Shown here in pieces: positions 14,400 to 27,138 of a DNA stretch of 64,000 nucleotides. Both the position numbers and the translations under genes were made by a program. The stretch comes from Eledone cirrhosa (lineage: Eukaryota), in NCBI GenBank assembly GCA_964016885.1, contig OZ024740.1, positions 274,040,001 to 274,104,000 on the forward strand, in the 5' to 3' direction. The first letter of the stretch is position 1. Each line of letters opens with the position of its first letter. The notes under the pieces are model-generated. The model searched no databases. It was not told where the DNA came from and saw nothing but the letters and a program-made list of their open reading frames with translations.

Positions 14400-17300
14400 G
14401 TGGAACTATAGAGATGTGATAACTGGAAGGTGATAAGGTTTTACTTTAGTCCTTTATTGATGCTTTATTTTATAAACACTGGTAGGATGAAAGGCAAAGG
14501 TGAACTTCAATAATACTAATAACTAGGATGAACCCAGGATCCACTGAGCAGTCGCTTGTAGTTTAACCTGATAGAGTTCAAATCTCCTTCAAATCCCATT
14601 TTGTCCTGTAAAAACAAGGACGCACAATGCCTAGATAAACTATACCAAGAAAAATAGGTAAAAAGACAGGATGATCATGGTATGAGAAAAATATAAACTT
14701 AATACATTACAGTATTTCATTTAGTCTATGGCTTAATTTAATTTTCCACCCCACCATAAAGAAAATAAATTCCTGTCATGCTAATTCATACTGATTCATC
14801 ATAATCATCATTTTAGTTTTGCTTTTGAAGTTACTACCTTTTCATTAGGTCATGGAACCATATCGTGCTCAGATGTCCCAATTTTGGAATGGTGTCTACA
14901 ACTGGATGTCTTTCCCAACATCAATTGCATTACAGAGTGTACTGCATAAGCTCCAGAAAGTCTAAAATGTTCTCTCTTGCTTATTTTGTCACAGCCAATT
15001 TTCCTTACACCTTTGTACCAATGTAAGAAATCTACATTATAGACAAAAGTTTATCTTAGCAATCAACTATAGTGATTCCCAGAGATGTAACAAGGAAAAA
15101 TAGTACCTATGGCACACATTGAAATTGCGTCTCTACCCATGCAGCAAGCTACATAGTCGTTGTTAGACAATGAGATTAACAGCACAGTTTAAATAAATGA
15201 GGGTTTAGGGTATTAAACTGCATTTTCATTTTCATTTTCATTTGTTCTACTGGTATCCTTTATGCTTAAGTATACGTAAAGTATTGGTAAAAGTGTTAGT
15301 ATATTTAAAGGGGGTGATCTGTGTAATACTGATCTATGATGAATATTAAAACGATATTAACATATTTGACAAGTCATACTATAAGATATGCCTCAGTGAT
15401 CATGTAGTTCCCAGCCCTGTATTTTTAACTATGGGCCTAATAATGTGTATAAATGATTCAATGATCCAACCACTATAGTGTTTCTCACCCATGATAATCA
15501 AAGACAGATCATACATCTGAAGAAGCTTTTTCTTTTCAAACTCTGATGATAGCTTATTTGACCTTAATAGAAAGTGCTCCTAGTCCAGGTAGCACCCCAT
15601 TTCAAGTGGTGCCCATGGCACATGCCATGCTTGCCATACCCTTGAAATGCCTCTGGTGATACACAGTATCTACTTCAGTATGGTACTTATTCTAGTGATT
15701 TCTATTTGTCAAACTATTAAGTTGCAAGATACAACAATGCCAGTTTTTAAAAGAGAGTAAATATATACACAGTAAGAAAACAAATATACACAACTACGTG
15801 TACATATATAACTAAGGTAACTGTTAGCAGTTTCTAAATTATGAGGAAACCTTTTCAAGAAATTGCTAATTGATTTCAAAGGAAATTGAATTTTCATGAT
15901 TTGAAGGGTGCATGTAATGAAACCTATTGAGACTGAAATATATCTGTATTTGTTACCTTGACTACTGACCTGAAAATTAGATATTTTCTAATACATATGA
16001 AAATTCGATATTCTTGTGAAATATATTTCTAATTTCTTAAGGTTATCTCCCCTTTTATTTGAGACTCACTAAGTATAACCATCATTTTTTTTCTCCATAT
16101 AAGAGGCATATTGTAATTCATTAATCATATACCAACATATATAGTTTCCCTGCATGAAGCCCACAAGATATTGGTTAACTTAACACTTGCATAGAATCAA
16201 CAGGTACTATGTATTGGAATCAGATTGAGAACTTCATGGTTCTGAAACAAACCTGTACATAGCTGTCTCTGTGCATATGTGCGATTCTTCTTATAAAATA
16301 TCTACCATAATTTTAAATGACAATAAATATGTTAATAAATAGTATGGCCAATATGAAACTGATAGAAATACATTTATAAGCACTTCTCTTTCATCTTATC
16401 TTAGGTCACAACTGGTGCTGGAGACATAGGACCACCATGATGGTTTGTTTGGGGCATTTTAACCTGGATGAAGCCCAGACTTCTCCATGTTTGACCATCG
16501 TTGATTTCTTCCAGAAAGAAAGAGTGGGAGAGGGAGGTTGAGAGAGTGAAGAAGTGATGGAAAGAAGAGTGAATGGAAATATTGGGGTAGCACTTTATTT
16601 ATCAACCCTTAAAAGATGACAGGATTTGAACACAGGGTGAAGATAGCTGGAATATATATTGTTCTAATGAATTGGTCAACTCACAATCTATCATCATTCT
16701 ATAACTTTAGATATACAAATACTAGACTGTAAATATCTATAAGCTGTAAAAGAAAAGACAACCATTTCTGTAATAAAACTGATTTCAAACATCAGGATCT
16801 CATTACAATGATATAAGAATTTATTATTGAATGTATTCAATCGGTCTCAACAAAACAAAACAATAAATAACAACCGATTTCTCAATTGTATTAATATAAT
16901 TTGATAAGTAGAACACGTTCTCAAACAAATAATACATAGAAACGTTTTGGAAATAGCAAGTAGATATGGTTAAAGAATTATAGTATCTATTGCATCTTTC
17001 ATGCTGTAAATATCAAAGATTCTTTAGGCAATTAGCTGGAACAAAGGTATTTCTTTTCTAGAGGTGATTACAACCATGTGGTCATCATTTAAAATGAAAA
17101 GATAGAAGACTAAATAGCCAAATATGTGAACAGTATGAGCAAACTGGGTGGTATCAGATTTGAGATGATAGCAGAAGAGAATATGATTATGGCAAGCAGC
17201 CAGCATAGTTTCAAGTGAGGTGTGAAATGATTGGATGTTTACCAGAAGCAAAGCCATGTTAGGTATATAGCTGTGAACAGCTATAAGAGAGCTACCTACA

Positions 17301-17715
17301 TAAACTAATCTGTTGAATAAGATGTGAAAAAAATTCTTAAGTCTGTTTAACCTTGGGAGTTTAAATAAGAAAAATAAAAAATACATGACATGACTACAAA
17401 GCAAAAAGAAATAATGACGGTCAAAGAGCAATTTATTTGGAATTCGAATAAAATGAAGAGAAAATAAACACTATAGAGATACATCTAAAGTTCTAAAGTA
17501 ATATATACACCAAGATGAGAAAGATATAGACTTAGAACCACAGAAATAACAGAAGAACGTAAGGGAATAAATAATAAATCTTTGTAAGCTTAATGAGACA
17601 ATGAACAACAATTTACAAAATTCAGACAAATAAATACACACCATACAAAAGCAAAATGGATAAAGGGACACTTCATTGAGGAAACCAAGTAAATAAAATG
17701 AAAAATGATGTATAT

Positions 17716-17787
<72 letters not shown>

Positions 17788-17967
17788 GTGTGTAGTTTTA
17801 TTCATGAATCATTGAACAAATTATGAATTTTGAATGTATGTTAATCTGATGTAAGCAGTATTAAAGCAGACACATTGATTATGAAAATAGTTGACAGTAT
17901 CACTTACTGCAGGCATGAGCTCAAGTCTCCCTTAGAAGTTTCGGACTCAACTCCATTATTGATTCAA

Positions 17968-18160
17968 CGGCTGTGGATTGGCAGTATCGGTAGAGAGTCG
18001 GACGCCATGCTTTCCAGCATAGTTACGTCCTCCCTTTACGGTCTGAGTTCAAATCCCGCCGAGGTTAACTTTGCCTTTCATCCTTACGAGGTCGATAAAA
18101 TAAAGTACCAGTAATGTACTGGGTAATTGATGGCCTTGTGCCAAAAGTAGAAACAATTAT
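17968..18160 (+). mobile_element. SINE family A
   Basis: Full match to the family consensus seen across the window. Confidence 0.9.
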
Positions 18161-18234
18161 TGATTCAACAAAAAATACTTTATACACACACACACATATA
18201 CACACACACAGACACACACACACACATATATATC

Positions 18235-19107
18235 ATCATCATCATGATCATCATCATCGTTTAACGTCCGTTCTTCCACGCTAGAATGGGTTGGGTGGTT
18301 TGTCCTGTTGTGGGCAGTGTCCAGTCGGCTGACCTTGTCTTGCTCATACGGGAACTGATTCAGGCTTAATTTCTACAGCTGGATGCCCTTCCTAACACCA
18401 ACCTCATTTACAGTGAGTGCTGGCTGCTTTTTTACGTGGCGCCTACACGTCCACATTGCAGTGTGGGCTAGGTGCTTTTTTTGCCGTGGTACATCCACAA
18501 CCACTTTGCAGTGGGAGGGTGTGGGGACATATGATTCAACTTCGGCTTGTTCCTGGGGGGGGGGGTCTTCTGTATTACTGAGTGATACCAGAGGTGACGG
18601 TCGTGTGTCATTGCTCTTGAGAGGTGCAATTGGGTAAGGTCGGCCTTTATCACCTCATCCCAAGTCTTCTTAGGTCTCCCGACTCTGCGGCTTCCATCGA
18701 CTTCTAGTGCTCCGCACCTTTTTATGCAGCTGTCATTCTTCATACGCATCACATGTCCATACCAACGTAACCTCCTCTCCTGCACACACCATTTGATTAC
18801 TCTTATGCTCCTCAGTCTCTCTCTCAATTCGTTTATACTTTGCCGTTCGCGTATATTACTATTACACATCCATCGGAGCATGCAGGCTTCATTTCTTTCT
18901 AATCTGCACAAGTCTTCTACAGACAGCGCCCAGGTTTCACTTCCATGTAACATTGCTGTTCGTATACACACATCATACAGTCTGCCTTTCATTTTGAGGG
19001 AAAAGCCTTTTGCTGCTAGCAGTGCCAGTAGCTCCCTGAACTTCTTCCATCCCATTCTTACCCTAGTTATTGTACCTTCCGAACATCAACCTCCGCTGCT
19101 AATTCGG

Positions 19108-19108
<1 letters not shown>
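18235..19108 (-). mobile_element. RTE-clade LINE 3' fragment (C-terminus of ORF plus 3' tail)
   Basis: ORF 18468-19055: WKKFRELL...KGRLY...MLHGSETW...RRLRWYGHVMRM...GRPKKTW. Tail ends ggacgttaaacgatgatgat. Confidence 0.85.
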
Positions 19109-19141
<33 letters not shown>

Positions 19142-19330
19142 GTGGAACACTGGAAGGTAATATCCGTAGTGGTAGAGCACTCAGTCCATGGGACGAGTTA
19201 GGTAGAAGTGGTTACACAGCAGTTAGTTCACCATACCGAGAACAATTATTTCACCTTAGCAGATTTAAGAAATTTAACTGCTAATAGTTCGCATATACAC
19301 ACATATAGCTATAGAAGCATATGCTCGTGT

Positions 19331-19370
19331 CCGAGCTGAAGATCCGCTAAGGTGAAACAATTGTTCTCGG
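19331..19370 (+). ncRNA. Minimal type I hammerhead ribozyme
   Basis: CCGAG CTGAAGA T-CC-GCTAA-GG-T GAAA CAATTG TT^CTCGG: 5-bp helix I and palindromic helix III. Predicted cut after 19365. Confidence 0.75.
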
Positions 19371-19391
19371 TACTAACTGTTGTGTAACCAC

Positions 19392-19426
<35 letters not shown>

Positions 19427-19427
<1 letters not shown>

Positions 19428-19835
19428 GAGGGCAATCCCAAAAGTAAGGTCTTCTTCTGATATAGCAAGTTCCGATATTGCAACTTTTCCATTAAAATCC
19501 TGTGGATGGTGCTTCGGGAAACCTCAGGAACCAAAATGTAGAGAGCATCCAGAGTGGTCCGCCGATCTTTACGCATGTTTTCCTCGGAAGGAGACCTTAC
19601 TTTTAGCATTGCTCTCGTATATAATAACTGCACGAAATTTGCACTTGGCAGTAGCGTTCAACGGGAGATCCATTCTCAACGGCTGCCAAGCCAAGATTGA
19701 ACATCCCAGCTAAGCGCGCGCATGCTTGTTTGGGAGTGAAGGAAGCACCAATCACAACAGTGTTGCCAACAGCCGTACGAACAGTTTCTCTGCGTCCCCA
19801 TCGCTTTGGAGACCTTACTTTTGGGATTACTCTTG
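19427..19835 (-). mobile_element. Internally deleted mariner element
   Basis: TA|CGAGGGCAATCCCAAAAGTAAGGTC ... GACCTTACTTTTGGGATTACTCTTG|TA. Transposase HTH remnant DRRTTLDAL...VSRSTIHRILMEKLQYR. An extra TIR copy lies at 19593-19617. Confidence 0.8.
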
Positions 19836-20239
19836 TATATATATATATATATATATAAATGTATATGTTCCTACATGTAAATAATACACATAGGGATACG
19901 AGTATAGTCCGACGTCAGAGGGAAATATTACATGGTATGTTCATTCTACTGGATTTAATATTTTATAAATTTTTATCGATACTGAGAGAGATGATTTCTA
20001 ACATAGATTAGACTCTTTCAATGAAATTTAAACAATGCCAACTATGTAAATACGTATGTATGTATGTATGTATGTATGTTTGTGTGTGTGCATGCAGATA
20101 TGGATGTTATTGTATGTGTGGATCTGTATGTTCTGAGTTATATGTTTACACGAGCATATGTTTCTATATCTATATGTGTGTATATGCGAACTATTAGCGG
20201 CTAAATTTCTTAAATGTTTTACATTAAGGACTGAACTTG

Positions 20240-21410
20240 GAACGTCATAACTAGCTCGACCCTTCTGATTCTGTGAAGCAAAACTTCTCAGGATTTGTAC
20301 AGAGGCAGTTAGTAACATATGCAAGTGTCCCAATAATTACAGGTACAAATTTAAAAGGTAGAATATCTGTAGTATAGATCCCTCATGAGTTTAACATCAA
20401 TTTTCTTTTTTTTTTTTTTGCTAATCTTTAATATTATATTGACATCTGCTAGACTGCTGATTTCTACTAATGAGCTTGTCTTCTTTTCTTTGTCCCATAT
20501 CACGATGTCTGGTCTGTTATGTTTGCATTTAATTAAGATTTTCAGTGGTACATTCTGCCAATACTCTTTCAGAATTTGTATGCATATGCTTTCCACATAG
20601 TTGTAAAATTTTATATTTTAATCTCAAGACTATCCTTTTCATATATTGTATTGTATAGGTTTTCGCCACAAATCATGTCTCGTAGGTAGATAATTGTTTC
20701 TACTTTTGACACAAGGCCAGCATTTATCCCAGTGTATTACTGGTACTTTACTTTTTTACCCCGTAAGGATAGAAGGCAAAGTTACCCTCGGCGGGATTTG
20801 AACTCAGACCATAAAGGGCCATAACTATTTGTTGCAAAGCATGGCGTCCGATCCTCTACCGATACTGCCACTCCATAGGTAGATAATATCACAATGACAT
20901 CTTTGAACAGTTGCCTATGAGATTTATTCAGTAGAGTCTGCTTCTGTTATCACATCTAGATATTTTGCCTGCATCTCTATTTCTTTCATGTATCGGGTAT
21001 TTCATTGTTATTTCCTGTTCCTGGATTGCAAAATCATATCATTCAAAGAGAGAGCTGATATATCATTTATTGGTCCAAGATAGACAGTTTTGCTTATCTA
21101 TATTACTCTCACTTTGAAGCTTTCTGGCAACATAGCCATGCAGGAATATGTTGCTGATATGCAAGCAGTAATTCATCCATGGATTCATTGCTGCATTGCT
21201 GGAAAATTTACCTGGGCGTGAGTTTTGGTTAACATGAAAGGAGTATTTATCAAAAATCTCCTTTCCAGTACTCATGTTGTTATCTGCCTCATGAAGACAG
21301 AAAGTGGTTGATAGATGTCAAAGACAACATTTGTAGGTTGTTTGTATTGATGTTAAACCTTTGCCTCCCTGTTTTAATTTTAGGTAGAGGCAGTTAATGT
21401 CACTGCTAAT
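20240..21410 (-). mobile_element. Old R4/Dong-type (RLE) LINE relic
   Basis: KHNRPDIVIWDKEKK..LVEIS restriction-like endonuclease motif and RHD motif. Nested SINE A (20695-20875) with TSD taggtagataat. Confidence 0.65.
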
Positions 21411-23099
21411 GTATGTATGTATGTATGTGTGTAATGTATGTATGTGTGTATATATATATGTATGTATGTCAGGTCACTCCTCAGAGCTACTGATAACATG
21501 TAACCCAGTATAACCTGTCTCATGGTCGGGTCGTCAGTGACTAAACCGGCAACTCCACCAAGCTTACTTGATCAGGAGGGTGATATTTAGACACCCTGCT
21601 GGATGAAATACAAGACCCGGCAACGGGCAGAGGAACCCAGCAGAGTCAACCGCCATCTAAAATGTTAATCTTTTTTTTGTTTTTTTTCACCTAGGAATAA
21701 AAGGCTCCCAGTTGTTGTCACAACACCTTCCTGGGAGTGGGAAACTCTGAAAATACACCTGCGGCTTCTGAAGCATTTGAGGGTGTTGACCAGTTCTCCT
21801 TTTCAGGTAGTGTTTTTGATGCTCAGAGAATGGGATTGGTTGAGTGCAAGGCCTTTCCCCACTTAAAAAACCTTCAAAGCACAGGCATTGCTTGTTCAGG
21901 ATATGTTACATGTTTGTGTGGCTGGCTGTAGCCTAAAAGTGCACCAAAGTCTATAATCTGACAAACGATTGCAAAACTTTTGGTAGAGTTTGCAGCCATC
22001 ATGTATGCATGTTTGTACGCATGCCATATCTGTCTGCATGCAAGTATGTATGCATGAATAAATATTTAAGTGCATGTAATTTTGTTGCTGCTCAGAATCA
22101 CAATCTAATCAACTAGTTTCAACAACCTTATGGTACAAAAGGTTGACTTAGGATTTCCACATACTGCTAACTATTACTAGCAGAAATTTACTTATGAAAA
22201 AAAAAATAGAATTTATTGTGGAAGAACACATTTAGGTAACGTCATAAGATTGTTAGTTTGATATTAATTACTAGAGTACAAATACAGTGTGCTTTATGAA
22301 TAAAAAAAAAAATACTGTCAAATATATATGTATTTATACTGGATGTTAAATTAGAACAAACATTTTTCTTCTTTTTTTTTGCAACATAGAATACAAATTG
22401 AATTAATTAGATTTGCTGTCCGTAAAAGTCTTAAAACTTTTATGAAGAAATTTGGTTTACAATGAAAATAAACTTAGCTTGAAGGCTATCCATTATGCAC
22501 TTAGTCCAAAAGAAAAGGAGAATTATTAACATCTTATTGTCTTACTATATAACAGATATAGGGAAGTAAATTGGAAGAATTTTTAGGGCAACAGATAAGA
22601 AATGCCTTGATATCTGCTCCAGTTCTCTGTACTCTAAGATCCCGTTTTTCATTATTTTGAGGTCAACAATTAAAGTACCAGTCTGGCACTGAAGTCAATT
22701 CTTGCTCTATTTCTCTTTATCAATTTTGCTGGAAGAAATCAGCTATGCAAAATAATGGAAAGGCATTGGCTCTGCCAGGTTTAAAATTCCAAGACACACC
22801 ATGTGTAAGGCTGGCACGCCTATGCCACTAATAGATATTAAGTGCGCTTCACTTACAAATATATATACGAGCGAGACACGGTCACTCGACCAATCTTACC
22901 TCAAATTGTACAATTCCTGTCTAACCCATGCTAGCATGAAAGATAGAGGTTAAATGATGATGATGATGACAATATACACAGCTCAAATTCTCTTTTTCTT
23001 TCATCCTTATGCTACCATTGCCTCATTCTTGCCTGCCTATTCTTTCTCTGATTGCATTACTATGCCACTGTGTTTCCTCTAAATGATTCCAGTCATAAC

Positions 23100-23485
23100 A
23101 TCATCTTCATCATCATCATCATTTTACGTCCGCTTTTCCCTGCTTGCAAGGGTGGGACGAGAACTAATTCTGGGTTGATTTCTACAGCTGGATGCCCTTC
23201 CTAACACCAACTTCATTTACAGTGAGTGCTGGGTGCTTTTTTTCCGTGGCGCCTACACGTTAGTGTGGGCTTGTGCTTTTTTGCCGTGGCACCTCCACGA
23301 CCACTTTGCAGTGGAATGATATTGACCCCAGTCCCTATCATCTCATTTCTACAGATGAGTAAACTGGAGCAATCTGAAATAAAGTGTCTTGCTCAAGGAA
23401 ACAACAAATCACCCGGTCTGAGAATTGAACTCACAACATTTCGATTGCAAAGCCAATGCTCTAACCACTAAGCTATGTGCCTCCA
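23100..23485 (-). mobile_element. SINE family B (tRNA head + RTE-like tail)
   Basis: Head ggaggcacatagcttagtggttagagc...gagttcaattctc. Tail tccagctgtagaaa...ggacgtaaaatgatgat matches the RTE 3' end at 18.25-18.4 kb. Confidence 0.85.
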
Positions 23486-24117
23486 TCCATACGACTTAAT
23501 ATTTGTAGGTTCAAGACACAATAAGAAACTTAATAAAACACAATCTAAAACTTATTTTCATTCTCATAACACTTAAAATATTTGCTTTTATATCAATATG
23601 TATGTATGTATATTAATGTATATATATATATCCCTATCTACTCTTACCCCAATTTCTTCCTCTCCCTTACTCCCTCTCACTTTCACCCCCTCGTCTGACC
23701 GTTTAGCAGTTCTCTTCTCACTTACAACTGCGGCGATCGGACGTGTGTCTTCTTTCTCTCGATTACTCGGTCTCGAACTTAAGTTCTATTGTCGAGTGGT
23801 CTTGGATTCCCTACCTATAGTTGCTCGCACGTTGCTCGGTTTGTGTTTTTTTTCCCCGCTGTTTTGATACTGTTTCTCTTTTCTTCCCCTTTGCTTTCCT
23901 TCCCTTCTTCCTTCGTTTTCCCAATAACTTATCCAGTTATTGACGCCCTGTGGTGAAGTGGAATCTTGTCTTTAAAGCGCGTAGAAATATCCTAGACCCC
24001 AGTAGACAACTGATGAGGAAAACTCTCCCCTGTTTTTGCTGTCTTCGTATTCCCACTGCATTTTAAGTTACCTTAAATAGCAACTACACAGCCATTTCTA
24101 TTCTCCATATATTTCAT

Positions 24118-24151
<34 letters not shown>

Positions 24152-24253
24152 TGTAGAGAGAGAGAGAGAGAGAGAGAGTGTGGAAGATACATAGATATAT
24201 ATATATATAGTTAGATAGACATACACATATATGTATTTGTATACACAGACATA

Positions 24254-24311
<58 letters not shown>

Positions 24312-24483
24312 TATAGATAGGTAAATATACACGGGTGTGTATGATTGTGTATAGAAGATTATATTAATAAGAGGAATTCCAACTTTGTCTGATTTACTCG
24401 TTTTATTTACAATCCTTTAAAATATATATAATATGGTATTATAATGAAATAGTATGATAGAATATTAAATTCTAAGTGTTAAT

Positions 24484-24522
24484 TGAACAAGTACTTTCAT
24501 GCTTTCGCAATCTTCAGGTTCA
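24484..24522 (-). ncRNA. Minimal type I hammerhead ribozyme (left arm)
   Basis: Exact reverse complement of 24596-24634. Confidence 0.72.
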
Positions 24523-24595
24523 TGATATGTGGTGACAGTCGAGTTTGCAAATTTCAACTGTTGAAAATTGCAAACTCGACTGTCACCACATATCA

Positions 24596-24634
24596 TGAAC
24601 CTGAAGATTGCGAAAGCATGAAAGTACTTGTTCA
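24596..24634 (+). ncRNA. Minimal type I hammerhead ribozyme (right arm)
   Basis: TGAAC CTGAAGA T-TGC-GAAA-GCA-T GAAA GTAC TT^GTTCA. Predicted cut after 24629. Confidence 0.72.
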
Positions 24635-24750
24635 ATTAACACTTAGAATTTAATATTCTATCATACTATTTCATTATAATACCATATTATATATATTTTA
24701 AAGGATTGTAAATAAAACGAGTAAATCAGACAAAGTTGGAATTCCTCTTA

Positions 24751-24833
<83 letters not shown>

Positions 24834-25209
24834 TTATACTTATACAACATGCTTAAAATATTGGTTTTTATATACAGAAAGAGAGATATTACACACACAC
24901 ATATATATATATATATGCACATATGTAAATGTATATATAAATCTACACACATACACACATATATATTGCCCGCCAGCAATGTGGAAAGTTTCAGCACAGG
25001 AATGATTATTTTTCATAGAAGCCATAAAGTAATCACTATTGCAATCATATGTAGGTTTGTTTGATAATTTGCAAATCTACAGAATGAAGTATAATTTTAA
25101 AATTACAATGATACAATATCTACTCATCTATCCATCCATACATTGTACATTCTGGAGTCTATCTTTATACGTTCAAATATCAACTAATCTTTCTGTTCAT
25201 GAGTATACT

Positions 25210-25249
<40 letters not shown>

Positions 25250-25254
<5 letters not shown>

Positions 25255-25568
25255 TCATCATCATTTCATTTTACGTCCGCTTTTTCCCTGCTTGCAAGGG
25301 TGGGACGGGAACTGATTCTGGCTCCATTTCTACAGCTGGATGCCCTTCCTAACACCAACCTCATTTACAGTGGCACCTACACGTCCACTTTACAGTGGAA
25401 TGATATGGACCCCAGTCCCTATCATCCCATTTCTACAGCTGAGTAAACTGGAGCAATGTGAAATAAAGTGTCTTGCTCAAGGAAACAACACATCGCCTGG
25501 TCTGAGAATTGAACTCACAATCTTTCGATTGCAAGGCCAATGTTCTAACCACTAAGCCTTGTGCCTCC
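25250..25568 (-). mobile_element. SINE family B
   Basis: Close copy of 23100-23485 with an internal deletion. Confidence 0.85.
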
Positions 25569-25590
25569 ATATATGTGTGTTTGTGTGTGT

Positions 25591-25794
25591 GTGTGTTTTG
25601 CAATACACTGTATGCTTAATTAAATGCATTTCAAAGGCCTTACGCTATTGTTTTAGAGTAGTGACAGTCTCGCTTACTTTAATTTTCAGCAAACAGGGGA
25701 GATTAAAGTAAGTGAGACTGTCACTACTCTAAAACAATAGCGTAAGGTCTTCGAAATGCTTTTGATTAAGCATACAGTGTATTGCAAAATACAC
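25591..25794. repeat. About 200-bp imperfect palindrome
   Basis: ttttgcaatacactgtatgcttaat...gtagtgacagtctc / gagactgtcactac...attaagcatacagtgtattgcaaaa, with a short loop. Confidence 0.9.
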
Positions 25795-25804
25795 TATATA
25801 TACA

Positions 25805-25843
<39 letters not shown>

Positions 25844-25872
25844 ATAATAATAAATTATATATATAATAATAA

Positions 25873-26050
25873 TAATTGTTTCTACTTTAGGCACAAGGCC
25901 AGCAATTATCCAGTGTATTACTGGTACTTTATTTTATCGACCCCGTAAGGATGAAAGGCAAAGTCAACCTCGGCGGGATTTGAACTCAGATCGTAAAGGG
26001 ACGTAACTATGCTGGAAAGCATGGTGTCCGACCCTCTACCGATACTGCCA
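25873..26050 (-). mobile_element. SINE family A
   Basis: Reverse complement of the consensus. Confidence 0.9.
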
Positions 26051-26639
26051 TAATAATAATATATATATATAGGCGGTGATTTGGCAAATCGTTGAAACGT
26101 CAGACAGAATGCTTTATGGTATTCGTCCCACCTCATTGCGTGCGCTGAATTCAAACCCCACTGTGTTCAACTTTGCCTTTCTTCCTTTCGAGGTCGAGAA
26201 AAATTAGCACCAGTCTAGTACTGGGGATCGATTCTTCCTCTATAGAAAAGATTGGGTGTGTTCAAACCTGGATAGTATTTGGCTCCACCTGGTTTAAATG
26301 TGCCCTAGACACACTGCATGATGGTGCCTCTATGACTCCACAAGGAGTTATAAGGTATTTATCCTTTGTATATATATTTATGTAATAAACAACATAAGAT
26401 AATTAATTCATTTACCAGTGGTTTCTTGAAGACAGATATTTATATCTGTCTTCAGTCGTCAGAACTTTTTTCCTTTACCTTTTCTAGGGAAAAGCGGACG
26501 TAAAATGATGATGATGATGATGATGATGATATATATAGGGAGTATGACGTGTAGTTACTGTAGGTTCAGCCAAGTGAGCACTCGATGTGTAGTTACGCGT
26601 CTGTAAGGAGGTGTATAACTAAGCAGAGTGTAAATATAA

Positions 26640-27085
26640 TAATTGTTTCTACTTTTGGCACAAGGCCAGCAAATACCCAGAACATTACTGGTACTTTATT
26701 TTATCGACCCCGTAAGGATGAAAGCTAAAGTTAACCTGGACAGGATTTGAACTCAGACCGTAAAGAGCCGTAACTCTCTGCTGCAATATAATAATTGTTT
26801 CTACCTTTGGCACAAGGCCAGCAATTATTCCAGTGTATTACTGGTACTTTATTTTATCGACCCCGTAAGGATGAAAGGCAAAGTTGCTGCAATATAATTG
26901 TTTCTAGTTTTGGCACAAGGCCAGCAATTACCAGTACATTACTGGTACTTTATTTTATCGACCCCTTAAGGATGAAAGGCAAAGTTAACCTCAGCGGGAT
27001 TTGAACTCAGAATGGCAATGGCCGTAACTCTATGCGTCAAAACTTGGCATCCGACCCTCTACCGATACTGCCAATCCACCATTGC
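26640..27085 (-). mobile_element. Tandem SINE family A copies (3)
   Basis: Three successive attgtttcta...ggcacaaggccagcaa...cgacccc units. Confidence 0.88.
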
Positions 27086-27138
27086 TGCAATATAATAATA
27101 AAGGATGATTTTTTATGCCTTCATTACGTTTATTTAGT

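Larger units (their letters stand above)
24360..24758. repeat. Near-perfect 399-bp palindrome
   Basis: Arms of about 199 bp centred on 24559. One mismatch seen near the apex. Confidence 0.95.

Noticed and set aside
15535-15590. CTGATGA...GAAA gtgc TC hammerhead-like string
   Set aside because: Helix I and the base of helix II do not pair.
17020-17700. Possible old LINE RT remnant or ORF 17024-17431
   Set aside because: No motif could be pinned down with confidence.
21470-21940. GC-richer segment, possible RTE 5' UTR or HDV-like ribozyme
   Set aside because: I could not build the nested double pseudoknot by eye.
23400-23485. tRNA gene
   Set aside because: A and B boxes are present, but it is the head of a SINE and lacks a full cloverleaf.
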